Virus record (IMG/VR): IMGVR_UViG_3300020045_001541 | Span: 1-36,663 of that record | Length of the DNA: 36,663 nucleotides | Reading direction: 5' to 3' (one strand) | DNA from: a virus | Lineage: Duplodnaviria; Caudoviricetes | Part shown: one piece after another, positions 26,879 to 35,021 of the stretch | Numbering within the stretch: position 1 is the stretch's first letter | How the letters are laid out: each line of letters starts with the position of its first letter | Notes under the pieces: generated by a model | Databases searched by the model: none | Told to the model about the DNA's origin: nothing | What the model saw: the letters and a program-made list of their open reading frames with translations, nothing else | Translations under genes and position numbers: made by a program

Positions 26879-27402
26879 TAATCACCTCCAATTCCTTTCG
26901 TGAAGTGGATATATTTAGTTGGCATGGTTAATGACGTAAACACTGCAAAGCATGAAGAAAACGGACAGCCTGATATTTCCTTCTTTGTCTCGTCATCAAT
27001 GAAGTTATACCGAGCGGATGGTATGTAAACAATTGATGCCCTGTCTATTACGTGTCGTAACCACCACTTAGTAGTTGGCTCGAAAGGGATCATGCAGACT
27101 ACTGTCATGCCATATTTTTTGGCCTGTTCATGCGCTCTATCTAAAAACAATTCCTTTTTTGAGAATGGCGGATTACACCAAACTGCACTACGAAACTCAT
27201 CAAACCAATCAACAAAAAGCGCATCCATTTCTGGTGATATAAACGATGGCGCTTTCTTTGCCTCAAGCGTTGATGCCGCATCGAGAGAGAATTTACTCCC
27301 GATTAAAAATTCAGCGTCACGCACTGCCTGCCATGTAGTATTCCAGAAATCCTTTTTATTTGGCGGCGTATTACTTTCGTTTCCTTGCATGTTATGCGAC
27401 AT
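26878..27402 (-). CDS. dam: Phage N6-adenine DNA methyltransferase (T1/HP1 Dam-like family)
   Basis: D-W-T, F-LDAA, WCNPPFS, T-WW. Confidence 0.88.
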   Translation of the reverse strand: MSHNMQGNESNTPPNKKDFWNTTWQAVRDAEFLIGSKFSLDAASTLEAKKAPSFISPEMDALFVDWFDEFRSAVWCNPPFSKKELFLDRAHEQAKKYGMTVVCMIPFEPTTKWWLRHVIDRASIVYIPSARYNFIDDETKKEISGCPFSSCFAVFTSLTMPTKYIHFTKGIGGD

Positions 27403-27403
27403 G

Positions 27404-27595
27404 TTAAACCCCCTGCGGATCATCAAGCATTTCGTGATAGCGAGTCACAACCGGATCAAGTGACATGTATGACTCCCAGATGCCATGTCGATTCATATGC
27501 CCTATCTCCTGTTGATTACTTTCGGAATTCCAGATTACATAGTCAGTTAATTTATCAGGCGTAACTTGCGATGGATTTAACCAGTTGGCGATCAT
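27404..27595 (-). CDS. Small DUF551-like protein
   Basis: W-P start and VTRY-M-DP end; AGGAG RBS. Confidence 0.5.
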   Translation of the reverse strand: MIANWLNPSQVTPDKLTDYVIWNSESNQQEIGHMNRHGIWESYMSLDPVVTRYHEMLDDPQGV

Positions 27596-27774
27596 TGTCC
27601 TATCTCCTGTTTCTGTACTGGCAAGCATTGCATATTTACTGCATTAGCCTGCGTCTTGATTGATTCAGCTGCTTGTTCGCATAACCGCTGACTATCGAAG
27701 TTATCGATCATCATTGGCATTGCGTACTGTGTCGGCGTTGTGAAAACTTGAAATAACAAGATCCAGTTGTTCAT
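27592..27774 (-). CDS. Small protein with two Cys, possibly exported
   Basis: Hydrophobic N-terminus, F-S-CEQAA...C; AAGGAG RBS. Confidence 0.65.
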   Translation of the reverse strand: MNNWILLFQVFTTPTQYAMPMMIDNFDSQRLCEQAAESIKTQANAVNMQCLPVQKQEIGQ

Positions 27775-27797
27775 ATTTACTCCTTTGCTATGAATTA

Positions 27798-27839
27798 AAT
27801 ATAGCCGGTTATCATTATTAAACTGTGACGCAAATCAAA
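27798..27839 (-). promoter_or_regulatory. CRP/FNR-type box with -10 on the minus strand
   Basis: Minus strand reads TTTGA-tttgcg-TCACA, 20 nt, TATATT. Confidence 0.72.
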
Positions 27840-28503
27840 TATAAGTGAATTGATCGCCGAATTTAAATCCCATTTTATCAAGCATTAAATCCATGTCTTT
27901 GATCCACTCCTCTGCCCGTGCGTCATACTCGCGCATGCGCTGCTCATTACGATTGATTGATACATAATGCAGCCCGTTAATGCGCATTCTCGGATCGTAG
28001 TTTGCAAAGCGCCATTCGTCGCGGCCTGATACCCACATACTGTACTGGCACTGCTCGACATACTCTGGCTTGATTTTTTCATCACATCGAAACTGAATAT
28101 AGACCGCAGAACGAAACGGGCACTTTAATTCCAAACCATGCGCGCTGTCGGTTATGCCATCCGGCGAGCAACCAAAGCGGCGATCAGCATCTTTGTAAAT
28201 AAACGGGATCTGCTTAATAACTGATCCTGTCTCGAACTCATAAGCAATGCAGGCCGTTTCTTCATGGTCTTTACCCCACTGCAAAGACTTTGAATTAATT
28301 TGATCGGCGAATGAACCAGTGCAAACCTCTGCTACTTTATCGGCTAGATAGGTTTGATATGTCGCCGTGTTACGTCCTGCCATCCATTCCTTGGCACATG
28401 AGGCAGTAGCAACACCAAGCCGCATCATCATCCATTCCTGCGATCCCTGCTCAACATCTGCAAGATTACCAAGTTCCAATATCAGATCTGAGTATGTTCT
28501 CAT
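27835..28503 (-). CDS. exo: Lambda-type exonuclease (YqaJ family)
   Basis: QGS-EW-R-G-TAS, WG-E, SPDG, ELKCP, Y-Q-Q. Confidence 0.95.
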   Translation of the reverse strand: MRTYSDLILELGNLADVEQGSQEWMMMRLGVATASCAKEWMAGRNTATYQTYLADKVAEVCTGSFADQINSKSLQWGKDHEETACIAYEFETGSVIKQIPFIYKDADRRFGCSPDGITDSAHGLELKCPFRSAVYIQFRCDEKIKPEYVEQCQYSMWVSGRDEWRFANYDPRMRINGLHYVSINRNEQRMREYDARAEEWIKDMDLMLDKMGFKFGDQFTYI

Positions 28504-28751
28504 TTTGTTTCTTCCAATTTTCGCAGTAATGTATCAGCCCAAAATATAGCTCCATCAGCTATCGTATTTATATCACCTATCATTTTTGGATCTGATGCAA
28601 ATCCAGCCATGATATGCATTGCTATAGTTTCTCTCTTTGTCATTCCACTGCATATTAAATATCTTCCAGATTCATCAAACGGATAGTTACTTGTGGCTCT
28701 AGTGTCAATACTTCCACTTGGCATTGCTGGCATATCTGCATTTTTAATCAT
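28500..28751 (-). CDS. Conserved phage hypothetical protein
   Basis: PAMP...GMTKRE-A-M-G...AD-LL pattern. Confidence 0.7.
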   Translation of the reverse strand: MIKNADMPAMPSGSIDTRATSNYPFDESGRYLICSGMTKRETIAMHIMAGFASDPKMIGDINTIADGAIFWADTLLRKLEETK

Positions 28752-29491
28752 TTAACAAGCTCCAATTGTTTAGTTGCCCACTCTGATTCTTTCGCTGTGA
28801 TTTCTTCTAGCTTGGCGATTGATCGCTTGAATTTACCAGCCAGATACTGAACAAATTTTGACTCGTCGCGACCTTTGTTTTTGATCAGTTCTTTGATGTA
28901 AAGAATTGAATCAACCGATGCTGGCATGACTGATGGATCGTCTTGTGCAAGTGGCTTATCTGGTAGGCGGCCATCCATATCCTCGTCAGCAGTAGTGATA
29001 CCTAAAGCTCCAATGAACGTGTAGCGCATCATGTACTGAACTGCAGAGCCGATAGCCTGGATTGCATTTTTACTTCCTGATGTATCGGCTGGTGACAGCA
29101 TTGTATTTTTTTCACAATGCCCAGAAAAATGACTAAGAATACAAGTTACTTGAATCAACCCGTTATTTTGATCCTGCTCGAACCGGTAAGATAAACCGCA
29201 CTCAGAGATCAACTCTCTTGTCTGGCTAACAATGTCAGAAAGAGGAGCGTATTTGCAATTATGGCCCTGTTTTCTTTTTATGATGTCTGGGCATTTACTC
29301 TGAAATCTTGCCAGAGCATCAAGAAAATCACGCTTAGCGTTTTTTTCTTCCCATGCGGTTTGCATTGCCATTAAGCGCTCTAACTTGTCGATATCAGCGT
29401 TAGACGTTAACGCCATCTCGATCAGTTTGGTTGCCGGATTAACCGCGATCACATCAGTTTTCTGATCGCGCTCTATTAAGTTACTCATCAT
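28748..29491 (-). CDS. erf: ERF-family single-strand annealing protein
   Basis: KYAPL-DI, C-LSH-SGH, QAIGSAVQY-RY, EDMDG. Confidence 0.92.
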   Translation of the reverse strand: MMSNLIERDQKTDVIAVNPATKLIEMALTSNADIDKLERLMAMQTAWEEKNAKRDFLDALARFQSKCPDIIKRKQGHNCKYAPLSDIVSQTRELISECGLSYRFEQDQNNGLIQVTCILSHFSGHCEKNTMLSPADTSGSKNAIQAIGSAVQYMMRYTFIGALGITTADEDMDGRLPDKPLAQDDPSVMPASVDSILYIKELIKNKGRDESKFVQYLAGKFKRSIAKLEEITAKESEWATKQLELVK

Positions 29492-29546
29492 CTTTATCCT
29501 TCTCTCTGCGTTCCATTTCGCGCCATAGTTCGTCGAAGTCGATCAT
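29481..29546 (-). CDS. 21-aa peptide MIDFDELWREMERREKDKDDE (not in the ORF track)
   Basis: ATGA coupling to the upstream gene; overlaps the erf start. Confidence 0.45.
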   Translation of the reverse strand: MIDFDELWREMERREKDKDDE

Positions 29547-29821
29547 TGTTCTACCTTATATCCTGCTGATGTTATTGCTTCAATTACATCATCCTTACTT
29601 AGTGCAGCGTCTCCGCCTGCGCACTCTCCTCTACTTGTTGGCAACTTAATCACCTTCATGCTTTCGCGTGATGCTTTCCAGAAGTGAAAAGCAATATTTG
29701 CTGGAAGGTGATACCCGCCGGTTAGCCATACATAAATTGATTTTTCGCTATTCCATGTTATCTGCTCATTCTTATATTGAGATTTCCACTCCAACTCAAA
29801 CTCTTCTCTGCATTTATCCAT
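29543..29821 (-). CDS. Hypothetical protein, first gene of the leftward operon
   Basis: GGAG RBS; REEFE-W...WKASR pattern; no HTH or peptidase motif. Confidence 0.75.
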   Translation of the reverse strand: MDKCREEFELEWKSQYKNEQITWNSEKSIYVWLTGGYHLPANIAFHFWKASRESMKVIKLPTSRGECAGGDAALSKDDVIEAITSAGYKVEQ

Positions 29822-29849
29822 TTTTATCTCCGTTTGTTTGTGTAACTAA

Positions 29850-29908
29850 ACAATAGCACATGAAAATATAATATCAAGCATTGATTAATAAATTTATGCA
29901 GCTATAAT
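29850..29908. promoter_or_regulatory. Back-to-back sigma70-like early promoters
   Basis: + strand TTGATT-16-TATAAT (29881-29908); - strand TTGATA-16-TATTGT (29877-29850). Confidence 0.75.
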
Positions 29909-29931
29909 ATGGTTAATATCACACAAAAGGA

Positions 29932-30141
29932 ATGAAAATGGACATCAGCAAATCAATCAGAATCTGTCTTGCCGAACAAGACAAAAACAAAACATGGCTA
30001 GCTAATCAACTTGGTGTGTCTGGTACTCGCGTATCGCTACTGCTTAAACAGGACAACATGGAGTCTAAAGTGATCAAGCGCCTAGCTGATGCGTTTGGCC
30101 TCCAGGTTTCTGTATTCATCGCCAAGGGAGAAACAAAGTGA
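29932..30141 (+). CDS. Cro/XRE-like HTH regulator
   Basis: KTWLANQLGVSGTRVS...IKRLADAFG; first rightward gene. Confidence 0.88.
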   Translation: MKMDISKSIRICLAEQDKNKTWLANQLGVSGTRVSLLLKQDNMESKVIKRLADAFGLQVSVFIAKGETK

Positions 30142-30845
30142 ACCAATTAATATCATCTAACAAGTTAACCATGAGCAGCATTGACTTCTTACGTAACATA
30201 ATAAACCCCGCAAGAATAGAGAGCGGAGAAAATGAAGTAAGAAACCGTGATTTTATTGCAAGAATCGAGGATGAAATTGATGATCTGCCAGCGAGCGAAA
30301 TTATCGTCCGCTTTGGTAACTATGTGAAAGTTTATGATTTAAATACAAATCAGATGATGCTTATTGGCATGAGGGAATCAAAGGTTGTTAGGCGTAAAGT
30401 TTTAGATGTCATTAATAATCTAGAAAATAAAAAACCAGCAATACCGCAAACATATGCAGCGGCATTGTTAGAGGCCGGACGCCTTGCGCTTGAAAATGAA
30501 AAACAAGCAGAGCAGTTAAATCTTGCAGCACCTAAAGTTGAGTTCGTCGATAAGTTCGTTACCGCATCAACCGGATCGATGGGATTTCGTGAAGTTGCAA
30601 AGCTTTTAAAAATTAAAGAGCCTGAATTCAGATTGTTTCTATCAGAAGCAAAAATCATGTATCGACTTGGCTCGAATTATGTTCCTTACCAGCATCACAT
30701 TGAAGCTGGTAGATTTGAAATAAAGGCAGGCGTTAGCGACTCTGATCATGCCTATAAGCAGGCTAAATTCACAGCAAAAGGTATTGAATGGATCGCTGGT
30801 CTAATAGCTGTTTATCGCGTTAATCAAGAGTTAAAAGGGGTCTAA
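30138..30845 (+). CDS. Antirepressor-like protein with a KilA-C (ANT) domain
   Basis: TMSS, RESK-VR, PQTYAAAL, APKVEF-D, FREVAK-L, FT-KG-WI. Confidence 0.9.
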   Translation: MNQLISSNKLTMSSIDFLRNIINPARIESGENEVRNRDFIARIEDEIDDLPASEIIVRFGNYVKVYDLNTNQMMLIGMRESKVVRRKVLDVINNLENKKPAIPQTYAAALLEAGRLALENEKQAEQLNLAAPKVEFVDKFVTASTGSMGFREVAKLLKIKEPEFRLFLSEAKIMYRLGSNYVPYQHHIEAGRFEIKAGVSDSDHAYKQAKFTAKGIEWIAGLIAVYRVNQELKGV

Positions 30846-30847
30846 TC

Positions 30848-31639
30848 ATGCAATGGTTTAAGCACAAAACAGATGCAAATATGGACGCAAAATTGCAGGA
30901 AATATTGCTTGATTATGGATTGGAAGGATACGGCCTTTACTGGTATTGCGTGGAGCTTATTGCCGGTAAAGTATCAATCGATAACATAACTTTTAAGCTT
31001 GAACATGATGCGCGAATTATTGCCAGAAATACTGGTTCTACACCAAAAAAAGTAGAAGAAATTATGCGCAAGTTTGTTGAACTGGGGCTGTTTGAGGATT
31101 CAGACGGATTTGTAACGTGCTACAAAATAGCCAAAATGCTAGATCAGTCAATGACTGGAAACCCTCAAATGCGCTCACTAATCAACAACATAAAGGCATT
31201 TGCATTGAGTCATGACTCAGTCATGACTAAGTCAGAACAAAACTTGACTCAGTCAGAAAATGTCAGCCAAGATAAGATAAGAGAAGATAAAGAGAAAGAA
31301 AGAGCTTTAAAAGATCTTGCGCCGAGCGAAAAAAACATCGCTCTTACGCCGGTAGTTAACGAATCACCGGTCATGTTTTATTTGCCGTTAAACACTGGTG
31401 ACTGCTTTGAGATCAGGACGGATCAATTTGAGATGTGGGCGGTGCTGTATCCAGCCGTAAACGTGGATCAAGAAATCAGATCGATGATTGGGTGGCTAGA
31501 TGCAAACCCTAAAAACCGCAAGACGAAGGCTGGAGTATTGAGATTCTGTAACTCGTGGCTATCTCGTGCGCAAAATTCAAGTAAGCCTGTGCAGAGACAA
31601 TCAAGCGATCAAGACTGGCATCACGACCTGGGGATGTGA
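30848..31639 (+). CDS. Replication initiator (lambda O-like, DUF4373-type N-terminus)
   Basis: WFKH, YG-EGYGLYW; internal iterons; YPAV-W-NP-KT-F-WL C-terminus. Confidence 0.88.
   Translation: MQWFKHKTDANMDAKLQEILLDYGLEGYGLYWYCVELIAGKVSIDNITFKLEHDARIIARNTGSTPKKVEEIMRKFVELGLFEDSDGFVTCYKIAKMLDQSMTGNPQMRSLINNIKAFALSHDSVMTKSEQNLTQSENVSQDKIREDKEKERALKDLAPSEKNIALTPVVNESPVMFYLPLNTGDCFEIRTDQFEMWAVLYPAVNVDQEIRSMIGWLDANPKNRKTKAGVLRFCNSWLSRAQNSSKPVQRQSSDQDWHHDLGM
31145..31304. repeat. Putative replication origin: TGACT/AGTCA iterons followed by a purine-rich tract
   Basis: TGACTnAGTCA at 31213, 31224 and 31245; palindrome TGAGTCATGACTCA at 31206; A/G tract 31269-31304. Confidence 0.75.
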
Positions 31640-32274
31640 TCATGGCGATGAAAAACATTAGAGATCTTGTTTCAAATATTCACAAGCCAATGGCAAGCCA
31701 TACAGCGAATTATCAGCAACCTGTTAATGCTAGCGTACCGGATAGTGCCAAGGAATTCATTGACGACCTGTTTAAGGAGCTTAAAGCTACATATACGGCA
31801 TACAATTTAGCCATTAAAACGGTTGATGAAGAGTTAATGGCTAAAAAGGTATGGACTAAGGCGTTTATCGAGAACGGAATTCATAATCGCGATCAAACAA
31901 GTCACGGACTCAAGAAGGCGCGAAAAGATCCTAGCCGGTTCCTGCCATCAGTCGGTGAATTTATCAAGTGGTGCACTCCATCGCCAGAAGACTACGGCAT
32001 GCCATCACCTGAAACCGCTCTGCAAATGATCATTCGTCGTACTATCACACCAGAAACACATCCGATAGTGATCACCGTGGCAAGGCACACAAAATGGGAG
32101 CGTCAAACACTGGGCGCCGATGAGTACAATAAAATATTTAACCGCGAGTATGAAATCCAGATGCGGCGCGTAATGGCTGGTGAGCAGCTTGGCGAAGTTG
32201 TGAAAGGTATCGAGCACCAGAAAGAAAAACCGAAGATGGTTTTGACGCCTACTGGGTATAAAATTGCAGAATGA
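31636..32274 (+). CDS. Lambda P-like helicase loader
   Basis: K-W-AF-ENGI, G-KAR, FLPS-G-FI-WC. Confidence 0.88.
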   Translation: MIMAMKNIRDLVSNIHKPMASHTANYQQPVNASVPDSAKEFIDDLFKELKATYTAYNLAIKTVDEELMAKKVWTKAFIENGIHNRDQTSHGLKKARKDPSRFLPSVGEFIKWCTPSPEDYGMPSPETALQMIIRRTITPETHPIVITVARHTKWERQTLGADEYNKIFNREYEIQMRRVMAGEQLGEVVKGIEHQKEKPKMVLTPTGYKIAE

Positions 32275-32280
32275 CAAATA

Positions 32281-32322
32281 TTTGATCTAAGTCACATCAT
32301 GGATAAATTAGCGATCTATACT
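32281..32322 (+). promoter_or_regulatory. CRP/FNR-type box with -10
   Basis: TTTGA-tctaag-TCACA, 20 nt, TATACT. Confidence 0.75.
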
Positions 32323-32333
32323 GGAGTTAACGC

Positions 32334-32642
32334 ATGGAGATTAAATTACACAAAAGCGGTGCAATGTCGGTGCAGATTGGAAAGCAGTCTATGTGGTTGA
32401 CGCCGCACGCAATCGAGCGATGGAAGGAGCGCATAAGTACCGATTTAGAATCGATGTGTTACAGGGCGCTGGTGGCTAGACGCATACCAATCAGAGAATT
32501 AAAAAAGTTTCGCCGTAAAAGTTTTGGATTAAGAAGTATTTCAGAGAGGCATGAGCTTAGAGAGCACGGGAATGTTATTTTTATCGTAGATCCAAAAAAG
32601 CCGATAGTGATAACTGTTATCAAGGCTGAATATGTAAAGTGA
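32334..32642 (+). CDS. Basic protein with a possible RelE/DUF4258-like RNase fold
   Basis: TPHAIERWKER and terminal IVITV. Confidence 0.5.
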   Translation: MEIKLHKSGAMSVQIGKQSMWLTPHAIERWKERISTDLESMCYRALVARRIPIRELKKFRRKSFGLRSISERHELREHGNVIFIVDPKKPIVITVIKAEYVK

Positions 32643-32648
32643 GGTTAT

Positions 32649-32918
32649 ATGTCTATTTTCATTATAAACAAAAACCATGACTATACTGGTTTTTATGGCG
32701 CTCACGATACCATAGGATATGTTGAGTCTAGAGATGAAGCTGTTGAATTATGCAGAAAATTATCTTCAATTGCGTATGAAAAACAGAAGGAAGATTGCGA
32801 AAGAATAAACAAAGAGACAGGAAAGAAAATATATGGAGAGATGAAAAACTTTGATGATATAGATCCCATTGAATACGATTATTTTTTCGTTAAGGTCGAT
32901 AAATATGGCAATCAGTGA
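32649..32918 (+). CDS. Hypothetical protein
   Basis: GAGG RBS, 89 aa. Confidence 0.7.
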   Translation: MSIFIINKNHDYTGFYGAHDTIGYVESRDEAVELCRKLSSIAYEKQKEDCERINKETGKKIYGEMKNFDDIDPIEYDYFFVKVDKYGNQ

Positions 32919-33447
32919 ATCAAGACGAAGGAAGTCTGCTGATAATATCGAAAAGATAAAGCGAGTTGCTATCGGTTATGCATGGATAACATCTTCCGAA
33001 ATATCTGAATTATTAAATTCAGAGTTAACACCAAATAGAATTGGTATGATTATTTCGCATGCAATTAAGCTAAATAAATTTGATTGTAATGTTTACTGCA
33101 AATATGAAAATGATCGAAAGGTTTATTTTTTTACTTCAAATGATCTTCCATTTAGCAAATCAGCAAAAAGATTGCAGGGTGCAGATCATATGGTTTACGA
33201 GAAAAAAATACTCTGTGAATTAATGGCTGGTAAAGATTGGTTTTTATCACACGAAATCATGCATGTTTTAGATGTTAGCAACAAGAAACTAGCCGGACTT
33301 TTGCGAAGCCTGAAAGAGTTTGGCTTTCCTGGTTACATCATAAGTCAAAAAACAGTTCAATTGCGCTGGGTTCATCGCTGTTGGAAGATTGAAAAAGATG
33401 AGCCCGTTAAGTTTGATAAATCACTTTTGAGCAAGAGGTGGGTATGA
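32905..33447 (+). CDS. Putative DNA-binding protein with two winged-helix-like repeats
   Basis: WITSSEISELL and WFLSHEIMHVL segments. Confidence 0.55.
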   Translation: MAISESRRRKSADNIEKIKRVAIGYAWITSSEISELLNSELTPNRIGMIISHAIKLNKFDCNVYCKYENDRKVYFFTSNDLPFSKSAKRLQGADHMVYEKKILCELMAGKDWFLSHEIMHVLDVSNKKLAGLLRSLKEFGFPGYIISQKTVQLRWVHRCWKIEKDEPVKFDKSLLSKRWV

Positions 33448-33701
33448 TTGAGATCTGCAAATTACAAGAGTCATATAAAGCAAAAAAGACTCTTGATGAT
33501 GATATGGCTATCCGCTTTGTTGATGCCGTAGAACATGGATTAAGCATTGATGGAGTGCTTGAAATTATGTGCGGAAACTCAAAATATAAAACGATTGAGT
33601 TTGAAACCAAGCGGTTATTGAACAGCAAAATAATCAGGAGCAATCCGATCTGCTGCGCTGCGCTTGGTGTTAGGTGTATTCAACAAGGCGCTGAATTATG
33701 A
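33444..33701 (+). CDS. Hypothetical protein
   Basis: GAGG RBS, ATGA overlaps. Confidence 0.65.
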   Translation: MIEICKLQESYKAKKTLDDDMAIRFVDAVEHGLSIDGVLEIMCGNSKYKTIEFETKRLLNSKIIRSNPICCAALGVRCIQQGAEL

Positions 33702-33877
33702 TAACCGACAGGGATAAATTCGAGGCTTGGTTTTCAAAGAAACACAACCTGCTTGATGAAGACCTGAAAAGCCACAGAAGCGGATATTTTACTTACATCA
33801 CTTATCAGGGGAAGGCGAAGAGCTACTTAGAACACGATTGGGAAGTGTGGTCTGCTGCGTGTGGGGCTAGAAGATGA
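33698..33877 (+). CDS. 59-aa hypothetical protein (not in the ORF track)
   Basis: MITDRDKFEAWF...WEVWSAA; ATGA overlaps on both sides. Confidence 0.65.
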   Translation: MITDRDKFEAWFSKKHNLLDEDLKSHRSGYFTYITYQGKAKSYLEHDWEVWSAACGARR

Positions 33878-34323
33878 TTCCAATTAAAGATCTAAATGTT
33901 TTCGTCAAAACAAAACAGGACCTGTTCGATTGCTTGAATGGATTTGAGTTCGAGCATCCGATGCAAGTGGTTATCGGTCCAATCCAGAAAAAGCGCTCAC
34001 TATCGCAGAATGCAGTTTTCCATATGTGGTGTGGAGAGCTTAGCCAGTTTTTAACCTGTAAAGGACGAGCGTTCGCAACTCCAGAGTGGTGCAAGGATGC
34101 CATGAAATACACTTTTCTTGGCTTTGAATCAGTAGGACATACTAACGTAACAACCGGTGAGATTATGTCTTACAGCGAGTTAAGGCACACATCAAATCTA
34201 TCTACCGGCGAGATGTTTCACTTTATGGAGCAAGTTGAATCTTGGTGCGCTGGAATAGGGTGTCTGTTAACTATACCGGAAAAATCTGAGTATATGATAA
34301 TTAAAAAGCAGGTTAACCAATGA
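33874..34323 (+). CDS. NinB/YbcN-family recombination accessory protein
   Basis: KRSLSQNA-H-W, K-FLG, LRHTS-L-GEM-F. Confidence 0.85.
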   Translation: MIPIKDLNVFVKTKQDLFDCLNGFEFEHPMQVVIGPIQKKRSLSQNAVFHMWCGELSQFLTCKGRAFATPEWCKDAMKYTFLGFESVGHTNVTTGEIMSYSELRHTSNLSTGEMFHFMEQVESWCAGIGCLLTIPEKSEYMIIKKQVNQ

Positions 34324-34604
34324 ACAAAGACGAAAAGGCGCATCTTTCAACTGTAGCCGCTATTGGTTGCATTGTTTGTAAGAATGCTGGATATGATGGA
34401 ACTCCCGCTGAAATTCATCATATCCGTGATGGCGTTGGCATGTCGCAACGCGCTAGTAATTACGATGTGATACCGCTATGTCATTACCATCATCGAACTG
34501 GTGGTTATGGCAATGCTATTCACGCAGGGCGCCGAAAATTTGAATCACTATATGGAGCTGAGCGAGAATTACTCGATCAAGTAAAAGGATTAATCAATGA
34601 GTGA
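34320..34604 (+). CDS. Ref-family HNH-like nuclease
   Basis: GCIVC, EIHH, PLC-HHR, IHAG, YG-E-ELL. Confidence 0.85.
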   Translation: MNKDEKAHLSTVAAIGCIVCKNAGYDGTPAEIHHIRDGVGMSQRASNYDVIPLCHYHHRTGGYGNAIHAGRRKFESLYGAERELLDQVKGLINE

Positions 34605-34959
34605 CTATGAATTTACAATGCCTTGGCCGCCAACAGTTAACCACTGGCATCAGCCGTGTAATGGCCGAATCATTAAGGGCGCAAAGGCTCGTGAGTATGA
34701 GAAAAAAGCTGTTGAGCATTTGCGATCAATTGGCTTGCATGGCGAAGATTTGCGCGATTACTTAGATGTTAAGCTAATTTTATGCCCTCCAACTAATGCG
34801 CGTTATGACATCGATAATCGCACCAAGGGCGTGTTTGATTCATTATCTGCTGCAGGATTCTGGATTGATGATTCACAGGTCACAAAGCTAAGCATTGAGA
34901 AGGCGACAAAAATTCTTGGTGGCATGGTGAAAATATCAATAAACATTATAAAAACATGA
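34597..34959 (+). CDS. rusA: RusA Holliday junction resolvase
   Basis: PWPPTVN, DIDN-K-D, DDSQV. Confidence 0.93.
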   Translation: MSDYEFTMPWPPTVNHWHQPCNGRIIKGAKAREYEKKAVEHLRSIGLHGEDLRDYLDVKLILCPPTNARYDIDNRTKGVFDSLSAAGFWIDDSQVTKLSIEKATKILGGMVKISINIIKT

Positions 34960-34996
34960 CGCAGATCACATAGTGTTGTTAGTGTTGCGCTATACT
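34955..34996 (+). promoter_or_regulatory. CRP/FNR-type box with -10
   Basis: CATGA-cgcaga-TCACA, 20 nt, TATACT. Confidence 0.72.
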
Positions 34997-35021
34997 TTAT
35001 TCATCAACCAAGGAGATAAAC

